Shown: in pieces, positions 47,540 through 58,899 of the stretch
How the letters are laid out: each line of letters starts with the position of its first letter
Position numbering within the stretch: the first letter of the stretch is position 1
From: Gammaproteobacteria bacterium
GTDB lineage: Bacteria > Pseudomonadota > Gammaproteobacteria > S012-40
DNA: 64,000 bases
Assembly (NCBI GenBank): GCA_029881255.1
Contig: JAOUMY010000005.1
Span: 66,479-130,478 of the forward strand
Reading direction: 5' to 3'
Position numbers and translations under genes: made by a program
The notes under the pieces: model-generated
What the model was told of the DNA's origin: nothing
The model's input: the letters and a program-made list of their open reading frames with translations, nothing else
Databases searched by the model: none

Positions 47540-48167
47540 AACGCAGAGTCGCCAGATTGTACTGCTTTACATCGTCTACGGTACAAATCGCATCATAGAC
47601 CACCGGACGCGCGTCCTTGATCTTCTGACACTTGAATTTTTTTGCCTTGCCACTGTTGTTTTTTACCTGGAGCATGGCCTTTACACTTGAACCGCCCTTA
47701 TTCAGATAGACATTGACTGCCTCACGCAAGGGGAAGCCCCACGACGATAAGACATAGTTCGGTGTCTTTTTTCGGTCCGCACAATTATTTTGAATCTGCG
47801 CCAGCACCACTAGATGATCTGGATGATAATTGGCGAGACGATCTTTGTGTTTGGAGGAAACATCAAATCCGACGGCCAGCTCGTCGTTGCCGGTGAGTGT
47901 GTGCTCAAAATATCCCTTGTATTTTCCGTCGATGCTAACGATGTCGACACATACCGAGCCGTTGGATTTTAACGGCACGTCTACATACAACGCTTCAAGA
48001 TTTGCTTTGTCATATCTTGTCTTATACATGATCCCAGACTCGGTTCTACCCGAGACCTTGACCTCTTCGATGAACTGCTCGTCCAGTTTTGTGATATGGA
48101 TGACGTCGGCCGCAACACAAACACCAACAAGTGGCCACAAAATGACCGACAGCAGTATCCTTTTCAT
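47478..48167 (-). CDS. Exported hypothetical protein
   Basis: GGAAGGA RBS, signal peptide, four Cys in the mature region. Confidence 0.7.
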   Translation of the reverse strand: MKRILLSVILWPLVGVCVAADVIHITKLDEQFIEEVKVSGRTESGIMYKTRYDKANLEALYVDVPLKSNGSVCVDIVSIDGKYKGYFEHTLTGNDELAVGFDVSSKHKDRLANYHPDHLVVLAQIQNNCADRKKTPNYVLSSWGFPLREAVNVYLNKGGSSVKAMLQVKNNSGKAKKFKCQKIKDARPVVYDAICTVDDVKQYNLATLRFVTKRMGEILRNGDLKIGAR

Positions 48168-48681
48168 TATGGTCCTTCCCTTTGACGGCTAGCGAACAGC
48201 GGGAACAAGCATAAAACTACATACTCGGGATGTAAAGATTGTGTTGGAATTTAACGACGCTTGATGATGTTCTGCGCTTCGCTGACATAGAACTAAAGTA
48301 GTAATTGCTTTCGTGGATAATCTCTCAGCAATTGGGTAAGGAATACACGCCTGAGTATTCCATATATTTCCCACTTAATCCTCAATCGTAATGTGAAACC
48401 GCAGTAATCTTCCTGTGAAATTTTTCCGATTCATTGCCATCTATTAAAAAATGGAAATTATCGGCTACTTGATGACGCCTTTTTTTTCGCAAACCTGACT
48501 TCATGTGTCACTACATGTAAACAAATATCTCCCACCATTAATATGTAGAAAACTCAACCGTAAACAAGAGTGTGTCTAAGCAGTTCATACATCTTGAAAT
48601 AGCATAGAAAACACTATTTTTTTGTATGTACTCGTTCTTGTGATTAACACTCATTCATGGCCATTAGAGATGTGAATTACG

Positions 48682-51315
48682 TTGGCAATTGAGGATAAGT
48701 ACAACGTCACCAAACCTATCAGTCGATCTGACAAATCTTCGCAAGAGGGTGAGTCGCGATTCAGCTATGCAACTCGCCCTAAAAGTATTGGCTACTTTCA
48801 GAATCTGGATTTCAAAAGACGTATACGAATTTCCTCGTTTCTTACACATCTTCTTGCCATAGTGAGCGTTGCGTGGGCGCTGATCGCCTACTCGCTTGAC
48901 TACACGACTTTAGCCGCAAACACCACTGTCGCTGCGGGTGGTTTCATACTGGCAAGCGTATTACATAGAAAAAACCGGCACACTTCGGCCCGTCTCATAT
49001 GGTTGACGACAACAAACATCGCCGTCTTCTTTGGAATACAACTCTCAGGGTTTGATTCGTACACCGGTCAGAACACAATAATTACCGCCGCCATTCCATT
49101 CATACTTTTTTCCTGGCAACACGAGAGAATCTTCGTCATCTATAGTTCAATACTGTCGGTGTTAGTATGGGGACTGAGTTGGTATGTCGGTGATCACTTT
49201 CTTGGAATAAACCTGGAGCTGGACGCCGCAACTGTGCAGTATTCTGGCGTAGCTACCATGCTTACCATATTTGCCGCGATGATTGCCATACTCATTCATT
49301 TCTCGCAACTTTCTGCTCGTTATGAAAAAGATTTGCTTTTGGCAAAGGAACAGGCAGAAACGGCGAATCTTGCAAAATCTGCCTTTCTCGCCAATATGAG
49401 CCACGAAATACGCACCCCAATGAATGCCGTAATCGGCATGTCTTATCTGGCGCTACAATCAGCAGAAAATCCAAAGCAAAAGAACTACGTTGAAAAAATT
49501 CATAGCTCCGCAGAAAATCTGCTCGGGATCATTAACGATATCCTGGATTTCTCCAAAATTGAGGCCGGAAAGCTCGACATGGAAAATCTGTCTTTTCATC
49601 TCGATGATGTGATGAACAATCTTGCCTCACTTGTGGGACTCAACGCTGAGAAGAAAAATATTGAATTGATGTACAAAATCAATCCCCAGGTACCACGACA
49701 GTTGATCGGCGACCCTTTGCGTCTGGGACAAATACTGACCAATTTGGGAAACAATGCGGTTAAATTCACTCCCGAAGGGGGAGATGTCATATTTAGCATC
49801 AATGTAGAAGAATGCCAAGGCGAGCAGATATGTTTACACTTTTCGGTGCGCGATACTGGTATTGGTATTGAACCGGAACAGTTGGAAAGACTTTTCATGT
49901 CGTTTAGTCAGGCGGACAACTCCACTTCGCGAAAATATGGGGGAACAGGTCTAGGCCTGGCGATTACAAAAAAACTAACTCAGATGATGCGCGGTGACGT
50001 CTGGGCCGAGAGCACGCCCGGTGAAGGTAGTACGTTTCACGCACGCCTGCGATTTAAAGTCAGCGATAAACAAGTCAATCTGCGCGATGTAGCCACGCGC
50101 TTTGGTGCATTACCTGTTCTGGTCGTCGATGACAACCACCTGGCGCGTGAGCTATTAGTAGAGATATTGGAAAGCTTTGGATTGAAAGCAGATACCGCGA
50201 CAAATGGTGAAGACGCGATAAAACGCATTCGACAAACACACAGCACACAACCGTATGATCTGGTATTTATGGATTGGCGCATGCCTGGTCTCGATGGCAT
50301 AGAGACCATACGCCAAATTCAAGACGATGAAACGCTGGAAGTCTTACCTAAGTTTGTGATGCTAACGGCCCAGTCACTTGCGGACAAGGAGTTTGCACAG
50401 CAACAAGTCGAACTCGCTGCCTATCTCACCAAACCGATTACATCGTCCACTGTTTTGGACGCTATCGAAGAAACACTCGGCCAGGGCATGGTGTTACGCA
50501 GCCGCGCCCGCGTGCTAAAACACGATGTTGAAAGCGCCATTACAAAGTTGCAGGGCAGCAAAATTTTGCTTGTGGAGGATAACCATATCAACCAGGAATT
50601 GGCCACTGAGATACTTACCGAGAAAGGCATATCTGTCGTCTTAGCAAATAACGGCGCTGAGGCCTTGGATGCACTGGAAAACGATAGCTTTGATGGAATA
50701 CTCATGGATTGCCAAATGCCTGTAATGGATGGCTATGTCACGACACGCGAAATACGTAAAAAATCCAATTGCAGCGACCTACCCATTATTGCCATGACGG
50801 CTAACGTGATGTCTGGTGATAAGGAAAAGGCTATCGAATCGGGCATGAATGACCATATTGGAAAGCCGATAAACGTTAGTGAAATGTTTCGCACGCTCGC
50901 CAGGTGGATCAAACCCAAACAGCCCGTAGCAGCGGCCACAAATACAGAAACGCAAGATGAATCCGTTAAGCTAAAATTGCCAGGACTCGACACCGAAACT
51001 GCGTTGGGCCGACTCAACCATCGCATGCGTCTCTATCTAAAACTGTTGACCGGTTTTCGCGATAGCTACATAGACTTCGAACAGAAATTTTTTGCCGCAA
51101 AACAACAAGGAAATTTTGAGGAGGCCAGCCGGCTTGCGCATTCACTCAAGGGACTATCCGGCACCATCGGCGCTGATACCCTGTCCACCGCCGCGAGAGA
51201 GCTGGAATTGGCGTGTAAAGAACATGCACCCGACTTGGATTCCTATACGGATAAAGTAATAAGAGCGCTTAACCTTGTACTCGGTGGTTTACAGTCTCTC
51301 GAGCGTCCGAGCTAG
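48682..51315 (+). CDS. Hybrid sensor histidine kinase (TM sensor, HisKA, HATPase, two REC, Hpt)
   Basis: [21 protein letters not shown], two receiver domains (MDWRMP, MDCQMP), AHSLKG Hpt motif. Confidence 0.95.
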   Translation: MAIEDKYNVTKPISRSDKSSQEGESRFSYATRPKSIGYFQNLDFKRRIRISSFLTHLLAIVSVAWALIAYSLDYTTLAANTTVAAGGFILASVLHRKNRHTSARLIWLTTTNIAVFFGIQLSGFDSYTGQNTIITAAIPFILFSWQHERIFVIYSSILSVLVWGLSWYVGDHFLGINLELDAATVQYSGVATMLTIFAAMIAILIHFSQLSARYEKDLLLAKEQAETANLAKSAFLANMSHEIRTPMNAVIGMSYLALQSAENPKQKNYVEKIHSSAENLLGIINDILDFSKIEAGKLDMENLSFHLDDVMNNLASLVGLNAEKKNIELMYKINPQVPRQLIGDPLRLGQILTNLGNNAVKFTPEGGDVIFSINVEECQGEQICLHFSVRDTGIGIEPEQLERLFMSFSQADNSTSRKYGGTGLGLAITKKLTQMMRGDVWAESTPGEGSTFHARLRFKVSDKQVNLRDVATRFGALPVLVVDDNHLARELLVEILESFGLKADTATNGEDAIKRIRQTHSTQPYDLVFMDWRMPGLDGIETIRQIQDDETLEVLPKFVMLTAQSLADKEFAQQQVELAAYLTKPITSSTVLDAIEETLGQGMVLRSRARVLKHDVESAITKLQGSKILLVEDNHINQELATEILTEKGISVVLANNGAEALDALENDSFDGILMDCQMPVMDGYVTTREIRKKSNCSDLPIIAMTANVMSGDKEKAIESGMNDHIGKPINVSEMFRTLARWIKPKQPVAAATNTETQDESVKLKLPGLDTETALGRLNHRMRLYLKLLTGFRDSYIDFEQKFFAAKQQGNFEEASRLAHSLKGLSGTIGADTLSTAARELELACKEHAPDLDSYTDKVIRALNLVLGGLQSLERPS

Positions 51316-51381
51316 TACGCATAATAAGTAGGCGTAGTCAAAAATACATATACTCCAGGAAAGTATTGATTCAATTGTCCG

Positions 51382-51415
51382 AAAAAAAACACCGGGCCGT
51401 TTTCAAGCCCGGTGT
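51382..51415 (-). terminator. Rho-independent terminator
   Basis: ACACCGGGC/GCCCGGTGT stem with a T8 tail on the minus strand after the AraC gene. Confidence 0.75.
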
Positions 51416-51446
51416 CTACTATTTCCAATACCTCACACTATCACTA

Positions 51447-52307
51447 CTATTGCAAAGGCAGATAAATCTCCGTACGTAAATTCTCGGGTTTGGTTTTCCG
51501 CGGATCGCGATTCAAATATATTTCGAATAGTGGCTGGTCACGCACCTGTTCCCCACTATTGGGCAGCCAGTCGGCAAAGATGCTGTTATAGACTTTATCA
51601 AGTTGATCATAACTACCCTTGTGTAAAAATCTTGCATAGCGCCCGCCAGCGAGTGTTTGTTTGCCCACTTCCCCTTTTTCCTGCACATTCCCTTCATAGG
51701 TAATACAGGCGTCATAGCGCAGTTGGTCGGCGGCGGTGATGTCCGGGCTGTCGTAACTTACTCCTATCATCTTTGTATCGGGTTTCATTAGTTTATTGGG
51801 ATAGGCAAACGACATCATGCCGCCCCACGCGGCTTCTGCTGCCTTGGAATATTCTCCTGTCTTGCGCACATAAAGAACTTCAATTGGTTCGATGTTTAGA
51901 ATTTCTGCGTTCATCTTGATCAACTCCAGCGTTGTATCGTCTGGAAGGTACTCGCTAACAATGGCATGGTGTTGTCGAAAGCTGGTCGGTGACATATTAA
52001 ATCGCTGCTTAAAGGCTTTATTAAATGCCGCCGGTGTTTCATAACCCGCATCGAGTGCAATGCGAGTTATATCATCCTGACTTACCACTAATTGTAGCGC
52101 CGCTTTTTCCAGACGAAGTCTGCGTACATAGGCGCTAAGCGACTCTCCAGTGTGTGCGCGAAAAAGCCGGTGAAAATGAAACGGTGACATACACGCAATC
52201 TCGGCAACTTTGGCTAGCAATAAAGGCTGATCCAGATGCTTTTGTATATACTGTCTGACCTTATTCAGCCGTTCAGCATATTGATCTTTGGTAGCACTAC
52301 GTTCCAT
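51447..52307 (-). CDS. AraC-family regulator with GyrI-like effector domain
   Basis: SPFHFHRLF...RLRLEKA HTH; GGRYARF.HKGSY...WLP and TEIYLP. Confidence 0.93.
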   Translation of the reverse strand: MERSATKDQYAERLNKVRQYIQKHLDQPLLLAKVAEIACMSPFHFHRLFRAHTGESLSAYVRRLRLEKAALQLVVSQDDITRIALDAGYETPAAFNKAFKQRFNMSPTSFRQHHAIVSEYLPDDTTLELIKMNAEILNIEPIEVLYVRKTGEYSKAAEAAWGGMMSFAYPNKLMKPDTKMIGVSYDSPDITAADQLRYDACITYEGNVQEKGEVGKQTLAGGRYARFLHKGSYDQLDKVYNSIFADWLPNSGEQVRDQPLFEIYLNRDPRKTKPENLRTEIYLPLQ

Positions 52308-52411
52308 GACTTTCTCCGACTGTTTGCTGCGAACACGGCATTAGAATGCCTGATCAGAACAGCTGACGCTTTTCCGTGCTTGCTATTTTAGAGCGTTGTA
52401 TCGTGTCGACC

Positions 52412-53305
52412 TTACTCACCTTCAATAAAGCGCTTGTCTTGCTGCATACTCTCATGCAGGTGAGTCATCAAGGCACGCACCCTCGCGGTTTGACGCAGGT
52501 CTGCATGGGTGAGTATCCACAGCACACTTTTGAATTTATCGATGTCAGGAATGCTAATGCGTTTTAGTGAAGATTCCTGCTCACCAATGAGAAAGGGCAA
52601 GGCCGTTACACCCATGCCGGCGACAGCGGCCCTGGCGACCACCAGAATATTGTCAGAAACCAGTTTCATACGAGGGAGTGTTTTGTCCTTCCAGATCGTA
52701 TTGCGCAACGGCTGTATGTAGTGTCGGCAAAGCACATATTCATATTCGTTTAGATCCAGTGTTCCTACTTGATCCAGATAGCTATGACTGGCATACAAAC
52801 CCATTTTAAAATCACAAATTTTCTTGGCGATACAATTTTGCGGCGGCGCATCCGTCATGCGTAGCGCCAGGTCGGCTTCCCCGCGTGACATCTCGAAATC
52901 CACTGGCGAGACTAATAATTCGATATTTATCTCAGGGTGTTTACGATAGAAGCTTTCCAGGTGCGGCAGCAGCAGGTAGTAACTGACACCTTCGGGCGCG
53001 GTCAAACGGATGTTTCCCTGCAGGCGCGTATCTTTGCCCTGGAGCTCGCGCCGCAACTCCAGTATTTCCTCCTCGATATTACCGGCCATGCGCTGCACCA
53101 GCTCCCCAGCCTCTGTCATCTCGTAGCCGATTGGGGTTCGGTTGAAAAAGCGGGTCGCGAACCGTTCTTCTATATTATTGATTTGTCTAAAAACAGTACT
53201 GTGACTACTGCCCAGCGCCCGGGCCGCGCCCGCCAGACTCCCTTCGCGGCAGATCGCTAACACTATCCGAAGATCATTCCAGTCCATATTTGTCGCATCT
53301 GTCAT
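52412..53305 (-). CDS. LysR-family regulator
   Basis: MDWNDLR...GSLAGAARALG.SHSTVFR; divergent from the methyltransferase. Confidence 0.92.
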   Translation of the reverse strand: MTDATNMDWNDLRIVLAICREGSLAGAARALGSSHSTVFRQINNIEERFATRFFNRTPIGYEMTEAGELVQRMAGNIEEEILELRRELQGKDTRLQGNIRLTAPEGVSYYLLLPHLESFYRKHPEINIELLVSPVDFEMSRGEADLALRMTDAPPQNCIAKKICDFKMGLYASHSYLDQVGTLDLNEYEYVLCRHYIQPLRNTIWKDKTLPRMKLVSDNILVVARAAVAGMGVTALPFLIGEQESSLKRISIPDIDKFKSVLWILTHADLRQTARVRALMTHLHESMQQDKRFIEGE

Positions 53306-53429
53306 GAGCCACCCAGCCTGTCTATTTTTGCAAATGGATTTTCCGTATTTAGCTAATTCAAATTCAATAACGAACAACCTAAGATAACACCGACTGAGGC
53401 AAATACAAACAGACAAGGAGAACACAGCG

Positions 53430-54236
53430 ATGGGCGGAATGTTGAGCAATAAGACACCCTGGGATCTGGTCGCGCCGGGCTATGCGGAAATCACCATGAA
53501 GCTATTCCACGCGTACACGCTGGCGGCACTGGAATTCGTCGGTATAGACAAACGACATGACATTGTTGATATCGCTTGTGGACCAGGAACCTTGGCATTG
53601 GCGGCATCACCTTTGGCCAATACAATTCATGCGCTGGATTTTTCTGCGCCGATGCTCGACATCTTGGATCGAACAATAGAAGAACAAGGGATAAACAACA
53701 TCATGACTCATTACGGCGACGGACAACAACTTCCGTATGGCGACGATTCTTTCGATGCAGCCTTTTCCATGTTCGGCCTGATGTTCTTCCCCGATCGCGC
53801 CAAGGGCTACGCCGAAGTTCTGCGCGTGCTCAAACCCGGTTCAAAAGCGGTTATTTCCAGTTGGGCACCGCTGTCACATTCTCCCGCAATGCACGCAGTG
53901 TTCGGTGCACTACGCGCAATAAAACCCGATATGCCTGAACCACAGGAAGAAGTGGAGTCACTCGAGAATCCGGATTTCTTTGGTGATGAAATGCGACGTG
54001 CTGGATTTAAAAACGTTGATGTAAAACCGGTTGTAGGTGAAGTGAAAATCAACTCACTTGAAACATATTGGGACGACATGGTTAAAGGCAGCGCGCCATT
54101 AGTGATGCTAAAACAAAGTATGACCGACGAACAATGGCAAGCAAGTACACAAATTGCGCTGACCTATTTGCGTGAAACCGTAGCTTCAAAATCGAGTTTG
54201 ACTGCTAAGGCATGGCTGGCAGTGGGCACGAAGTAA
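53430..54236 (+). CDS. Class I SAM-dependent methyltransferase
   Basis: VDIACGPG, DFSAPML, DDSFD, RVLKPG. Confidence 0.92.
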   Translation: MGGMLSNKTPWDLVAPGYAEITMKLFHAYTLAALEFVGIDKRHDIVDIACGPGTLALAASPLANTIHALDFSAPMLDILDRTIEEQGINNIMTHYGDGQQLPYGDDSFDAAFSMFGLMFFPDRAKGYAEVLRVLKPGSKAVISSWAPLSHSPAMHAVFGALRAIKPDMPEPQEEVESLENPDFFGDEMRRAGFKNVDVKPVVGEVKINSLETYWDDMVKGSAPLVMLKQSMTDEQWQASTQIALTYLRETVASKSSLTAKAWLAVGTK

Positions 54237-54242
54237 AATGAT

Positions 54243-54275
54243 ATTCGGGGCCTGTTCGCAGAGCGGGCCCCGAAT
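54243..54275. terminator. Stem-loop between convergent genes
   Basis: ATTCGGGGCC/GGCCCCGAAT inverted repeat. Confidence 0.6.
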
Positions 54276-54277
54276 GA

Positions 54278-54808
54278 TCAAGGAACCTTTTGCTCCATAA
54301 ACTTCACCAACCAGTTTTCGAGAAATTCGTAGTAGTCGCAACCCAGATCAAGTGTAGCGAGTTGGAAGTGTGCTGCACGTTGAAAGACCTGTGGGATAGC
54401 ATTTCGATCCACTGCTGCCTTTTGTTGTTCAAGTTCCATCCGCATAGAACGAACGTCTTTGAGATATGATTGCAAAACCTCTTTCCATTTGTCGTCAGAA
54501 TCGGCAAAGAAAAACAATCTTAACAATAGTTCATCTTTTATTTTTCCGATACCCAAGGGACTTTCTAGCCATTCCCTATAGACTTTCCTACCTTGCGGCG
54601 TAATAGAAAACGTTTTTTTGGCACGTTTACTTTCGATGTCCTCTTCACATTCAACCAAGCCAGCTGCCAACAGCTTTTGACAGGCAGGATGTATCGATCC
54701 AATACTGGTGTTGTAGAACATGGAGGTAGACTTGTCCATGTTCTTTTTTAGCTCATACACACTCATAGGCTGCAGTGAAAGCATCCCGAGTATTATCTTA
54801 TCCTGCAT
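54278..54808 (-). CDS. PadR-family regulator
   Basis: ILGML...YEL...GSIHP...KKTFSITPQG...WL. Confidence 0.9.
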   Translation of the reverse strand: MQDKIILGMLSLQPMSVYELKKNMDKSTSMFYNTSIGSIHPACQKLLAAGLVECEEDIESKRAKKTFSITPQGRKVYREWLESPLGIGKIKDELLLRLFFFADSDDKWKEVLQSYLKDVRSMRMELEQQKAAVDRNAIPQVFQRAAHFQLATLDLGCDYYEFLENWLVKFMEQKVP

Positions 54809-54819
54809 AGGTTCGCTCT

Positions 54820-56019
54820 TTAGTAGATACGCAAGTCCACGCTATCGAGCTGCAGGCTAGATAGCGACGTCTTTTTCTTGAGGTGTTGATCGAAAAAACC
54901 CAGTAGCAATTTTTCGATATTGTTTGCCATCAACGCATTGTCTATCTTACCTAACATCGGTGAAAAACGTAACGGAGTAACCAAATTCAAGTCGGTAAAG
55001 TTATAATGGGCGCTTTGTTTAAACACCGCCTCGCAGCTGTTGTTTGTCTTTAACAAGGGTTTATTAATAAATCCTGTGTCAAGTATCTCGTCTGCAAACT
55101 TCACGTTGTCTGCGTAGACATAGCAAACCGGCACATCAAATTGCCGATAAGGTATTATCGCCAGGTTTAGTTGTGGTGCGTCCATTCCAAATGCGGCCTT
55201 CACTCCAAAATCACCCATTGCCAGTACCCCAGACATAATCGAACCAAAAGAGTGACCAAATGCGCCGATGTTGTCCAAGTCCAGATGCCCCGCAATAGGT
55301 GTGGCAAGTGTCCCGTTTTGAATTTTTTTCAATGTCGAGAACAGTAACACGTTATTGGCATACACAGACTCGAAAACAGCTGTCATTGGTTCGAATACCG
55401 GGTTCTTGGCGAGCACTGCCATAGACTCACTAAAGCTCGTGAAGTCTTTGGCTGCTTTCGCGCTCTCGATATCTTTTACCAACGCAGGCGCGAGTTCTTT
55501 CGCACCATTTTTTTGTTTTTCCAGGGCGAGATAGGCCGGACTATTTTTGTCCGCGACTATCACTTCCCCATTCGTACGCACGACGACCATCGAAACACCC
55601 GGATTCGCCACAGACAACACGATGTAACCATGGCTGGCGAGTTGTTCAAAATGCGTGACGTTTTGTCTCGCGAACGACATAAGGCCGTGGTTGAAGATCA
55701 ACACCGGAAACTTACCGGCCGCAATCTCTACGTCAAAACTGGAGCGACTTACATCCTCGCCTCCCATGAGAAATCGCGGCATATCGATAGAATCGGCAAA
55801 GGCACTATTACTGTGCTCATCGCTGGACAGCAACTTGTTCTCCGTCTCCTGCTCACTGGGGTACCAGGCCCTGACCTGTAGCCAACGGCTACTATCTGAA
55901 ATCTCAAATGTCGTGCTTCCCGCTTTCCAGGGGCCACTAAGTGGCGGTGGCGGAATGTGATCTGAGCAAGCCGACAGCAGCCAGATGAAAGCAAAAATCA
56001 CTAGACTATTGTTTTTCAT
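54820..56019 (-). CDS. Alpha/beta hydrolase lipoprotein (PAF-acetylhydrolase-like)
   Basis: LSAC lipobox, FPVLIFNHG, LASHGY, GHSFG, HYNFTD. Confidence 0.88.
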   Translation of the reverse strand: MKNNSLVIFAFIWLLSACSDHIPPPPLSGPWKAGSTTFEISDSSRWLQVRAWYPSEQETENKLLSSDEHSNSAFADSIDMPRFLMGGEDVSRSSFDVEIAAGKFPVLIFNHGLMSFARQNVTHFEQLASHGYIVLSVANPGVSMVVVRTNGEVIVADKNSPAYLALEKQKNGAKELAPALVKDIESAKAAKDFTSFSESMAVLAKNPVFEPMTAVFESVYANNVLLFSTLKKIQNGTLATPIAGHLDLDNIGAFGHSFGSIMSGVLAMGDFGVKAAFGMDAPQLNLAIIPYRQFDVPVCYVYADNVKFADEILDTGFINKPLLKTNNSCEAVFKQSAHYNFTDLNLVTPLRFSPMLGKIDNALMANNIEKLLLGFFDQHLKKKTSLSSLQLDSVDLRIY

Positions 56020-56256
56020 ATACTTTACCTTTGAGCCAAAACGATTTGTATCGTTACGATATATCGTATAGATATATTTGTCTAGCCCCTGGTTTGGCCC
56101 GCGAGATTCACATCACATTGCGGATTGAACTAGAAATGACCAGCCCCGAAAGGAGTTCCTTAGACTTGAATCAGTAGTATTCACGTTTCATACTGGCAAG
56201 TGTTGAATCTACAGGATAAAATTCCGACTCGTGTTCACCGTCTAACAATTAGAAAA

Positions 56257-56751
56257 ATGAAAAACTTCCTTTATTCGTGTTTCCTCTTCTTTTGTTGCGT
56301 TTCCCAAGCCTTTGCGGAGAGTGTGTCCACGCCACGCCAAAACAGCGTTTCCGTCGCTGCCTATCCCTTGGCAATGGTGTATCAGGATGAACTTATACTA
56401 CCTATTGAGACTACATTGACACATCGAAGTGGTCACGGCATTAGGGCTTTTTATAGTTTTGCGGGCGAGAACGCTACTGCCCCTCAACACTGGTTTGGGC
56501 TCGGATATCGTTTCACGTTTCCAAAATATCTTGATACTGCCTGGTTTCACGGCTTAAACATACATTCCTTTCGACAATTGATAGACGATCAAGAAACACG
56601 AGGTTATGCGTTGACGTATGAACTCGGACGTGAGCGATCCGTTAAACATTTCTATTCTTCTTTTTCATTTGAACTAGGCGCGTCGTATCTTGAAGGAAAA
56701 ACTTATTTAATGATGTACACCTTTTTTGGCGGTCTGGGTTTTCAGCTGTGA
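56257..56751 (+). CDS. Small outer-membrane beta-barrel-like protein
   Basis: Signal peptide, alternating aromatic beta strands, ends GLGFQL. Confidence 0.6.
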   Translation: MKNFLYSCFLFFCCVSQAFAESVSTPRQNSVSVAAYPLAMVYQDELILPIETTLTHRSGHGIRAFYSFAGENATAPQHWFGLGYRFTFPKYLDTAWFHGLNIHSFRQLIDDQETRGYALTYELGRERSVKHFYSSFSFELGASYLEGKTYLMMYTFFGGLGFQL

Positions 56752-57803
56752 TGAAATCTGAGTATATAAACTTATTGCTTGTTTGCACCGCGATCATATG
56801 TTGCAGTGCTTGTGCAAGCAATGGCTTGTCAAAGTATCCGTCAAATGAAGATGCGTTTCTTCTCGAACCCAAAGAACTGATGGATCAATTCCCAGACATC
56901 GAACGCTATCATTTAGAGACAAACGGCATACCCTTGGTTGATGAACAAACCTATCCTAGCCTGGTTAAAGATTGGGGCGAACCAGACAAAATACGAAAAA
57001 TAAAAGGTGAAATTGTACTGGATTCAACGAAAGCACTTGCTGCGGCCTCGCTCCCGCTTATCCCCCTGTCTCCAGATCCACTTTCAATAGCTGCATTTGC
57101 TGGTTTTATCGGTTTGGAAGCAGGACTAATCTATTTGGCTAGTCCAAACATCCATCGCTCAAGTTGGCAAAAAGGCAATTATCGTATCGATACTAGAATT
57201 GGTATGTTTGGCGAAGATCAACAATTTGTTTTTTGGGAATGGTTTCATAGAGACAAGGAGTGCGATTGTTACAAGCCCATATTGTCACAGAGGGCTCCCA
57301 CCGCCATGTTTATTGATTTTCACTTGGGTTCTAGTATTGAACAGTCTGTTATAAACGGCGTGTTTGAAAAATCGGCGCCGAAGTTTAGCTCCGCAATTTT
57401 TCCGGGTGTCAACCTTAGAGTCACTTACCCCTTAAAAGTCGACATCTCAATTGGTTTGCACGCGACACGAACCGCGTATTTTTCAACAGTGCAACAATCC
57501 CAATATTTCTTTTCTCAAGCGTCTATAAAACTGGGAATGCACAAACCCATTGCACTAAATGAAAGGCTAAGACTGGGTGCAGGTACGACTATTCCGATTT
57601 CCTCTTACCTATCCACGCCGGATAATCCCTCTACCCGTTTCACCGACAAATTCCCAGGTCTTTTTCTTCGATTAGACTATATGATGAATCGGAGTTCTCA
57701 ACTTGGATACGTCGTAACATATGATCACCTCGAAACGCATAAAATCGACGACGTAAAACTTAACCAATTTGCCTTGTTTACCAGTCTTAGATTCTATTTT
57801 TGA
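56748..57803 (+). CDS. Hypothetical lipoprotein with C-terminal beta-barrel-like region
   Basis: CSAC lipobox, paralogous to 41778-42827, ends SLRFYF. Confidence 0.7.
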   Translation: MMKSEYINLLLVCTAIICCSACASNGLSKYPSNEDAFLLEPKELMDQFPDIERYHLETNGIPLVDEQTYPSLVKDWGEPDKIRKIKGEIVLDSTKALAAASLPLIPLSPDPLSIAAFAGFIGLEAGLIYLASPNIHRSSWQKGNYRIDTRIGMFGEDQQFVFWEWFHRDKECDCYKPILSQRAPTAMFIDFHLGSSIEQSVINGVFEKSAPKFSSAIFPGVNLRVTYPLKVDISIGLHATRTAYFSTVQQSQYFFSQASIKLGMHKPIALNERLRLGAGTTIPISSYLSTPDNPSTRFTDKFPGLFLRLDYMMNRSSQLGYVVTYDHLETHKIDDVKLNQFALFTSLRFYF

Positions 57804-57880
57804 TAATTTTCTATTGAAGTATTCATGCTCTATTTCTTCCCATACAAAATCTTTTCAAAGTAATACTACGCAAGCCAGAA

Positions 57881-58711
57881 CTAAATATTCAACGCCGTCT
57901 TAATAAACTCTCTGCGCTCGGATCGACTGGCATAAATGGCATAAGCCGATCGCTTAATAACAGGCGCGCCCTCGACACGAAAAAGTTTGCCTTGCTCTAT
58001 GGCCTCCTCCACCATGGGTTCGGCGAGATAGGCAGCGCCTCCGCAATCCAACAAATACGCCAACGCAATACGCCCTAGAGGTAAGCGCGTCGCCGGCGGG
58101 TTGATATCGGGAAACAAGCGTCCGTGATCGATTGCAAACGACACTCCCCAATCAACCAGCACATAGTTGTAATTAAACACGTCATTAATATTGACAGACG
58201 CATCGGTACACACCAAAACAAGGGGAATCTGCGCGATTCGTTCCGATACCAGTTTAGGGTTGTGGCTACCCTCAAAAGAGAAACCCACATCAATGGTTCC
58301 TTCGAGCAGGCGTCGATGGATAACCTCCGCGTCACAAACTTCGCCATAAATGGAGACCGCCGGCATTTCCTTGTGCAAATGATGTATCCAATCCTGTAGC
58401 AGGATATCCCAGAGGCTAGGCGTTCCGGCGATGGCCAGAGAATCTCCCCGCTCAACGCCGGCAGCAACGCCCTGCCTTGCCCTATTCCAGGCGGCTAAAA
58501 TGTCCTCCGCGTGATGAAGTAGGCGATGTCCCGCAGGGGTCAACTGGATGTTATTGCGTTCTCGCACAAACAGTGGCGCGCCCACCTGATCCTCTAGCGC
58601 CTGGATACGGGAACTAACGGCTGATTGGCTTAAGAAGAGATTCTTCGCTGCAGCCCCGAAATGGCGTGTGCGGCTGATTTCCAGAAAAGTTCTAAGTTGT
58701 TCAGTATCCAG
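57881..58711 (-). CDS. hdfR: LysR-family regulator, HdfR-like
   Basis: Frame extends to CTG 58711 with GAGGAG 7 nt upstream, giving xDTEQLRTFLEISRTRHFG...SQSAVS.RI. Confidence 0.8.
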   Translation of the reverse strand: MDTEQLRTFLEISRTRHFGAAAKNLFLSQSAVSSRIQALEDQVGAPLFVRERNNIQLTPAGHRLLHHAEDILAAWNRARQGVAAGVERGDSLAIAGTPSLWDILLQDWIHHLHKEMPAVSIYGEVCDAEVIHRRLLEGTIDVGFSFEGSHNPKLVSERIAQIPLVLVCTDASVNINDVFNYNYVLVDWGVSFAIDHGRLFPDINPPATRLPLGRIALAYLLDCGGAAYLAEPMVEEAIEQGKLFRVEGAPVIKRSAYAIYASRSERREFIKTALNI

Positions 58712-58899
58712 GACTTTTCTCCTCGTGATCGGTTAAAAACTGTCGTCTTTTATAGACAGTATAATAATCGAATATTTCGATCGTAACTACCTGTTTTTTG
58801 CGCTTTACTCGAACGTATTTTTTTCCGTTAATAGCCATAAGCAGATGGCATTAAGACCATGCTGTTCTTTTTTAGATGACCAAATTGAGGAAAAAAGAT

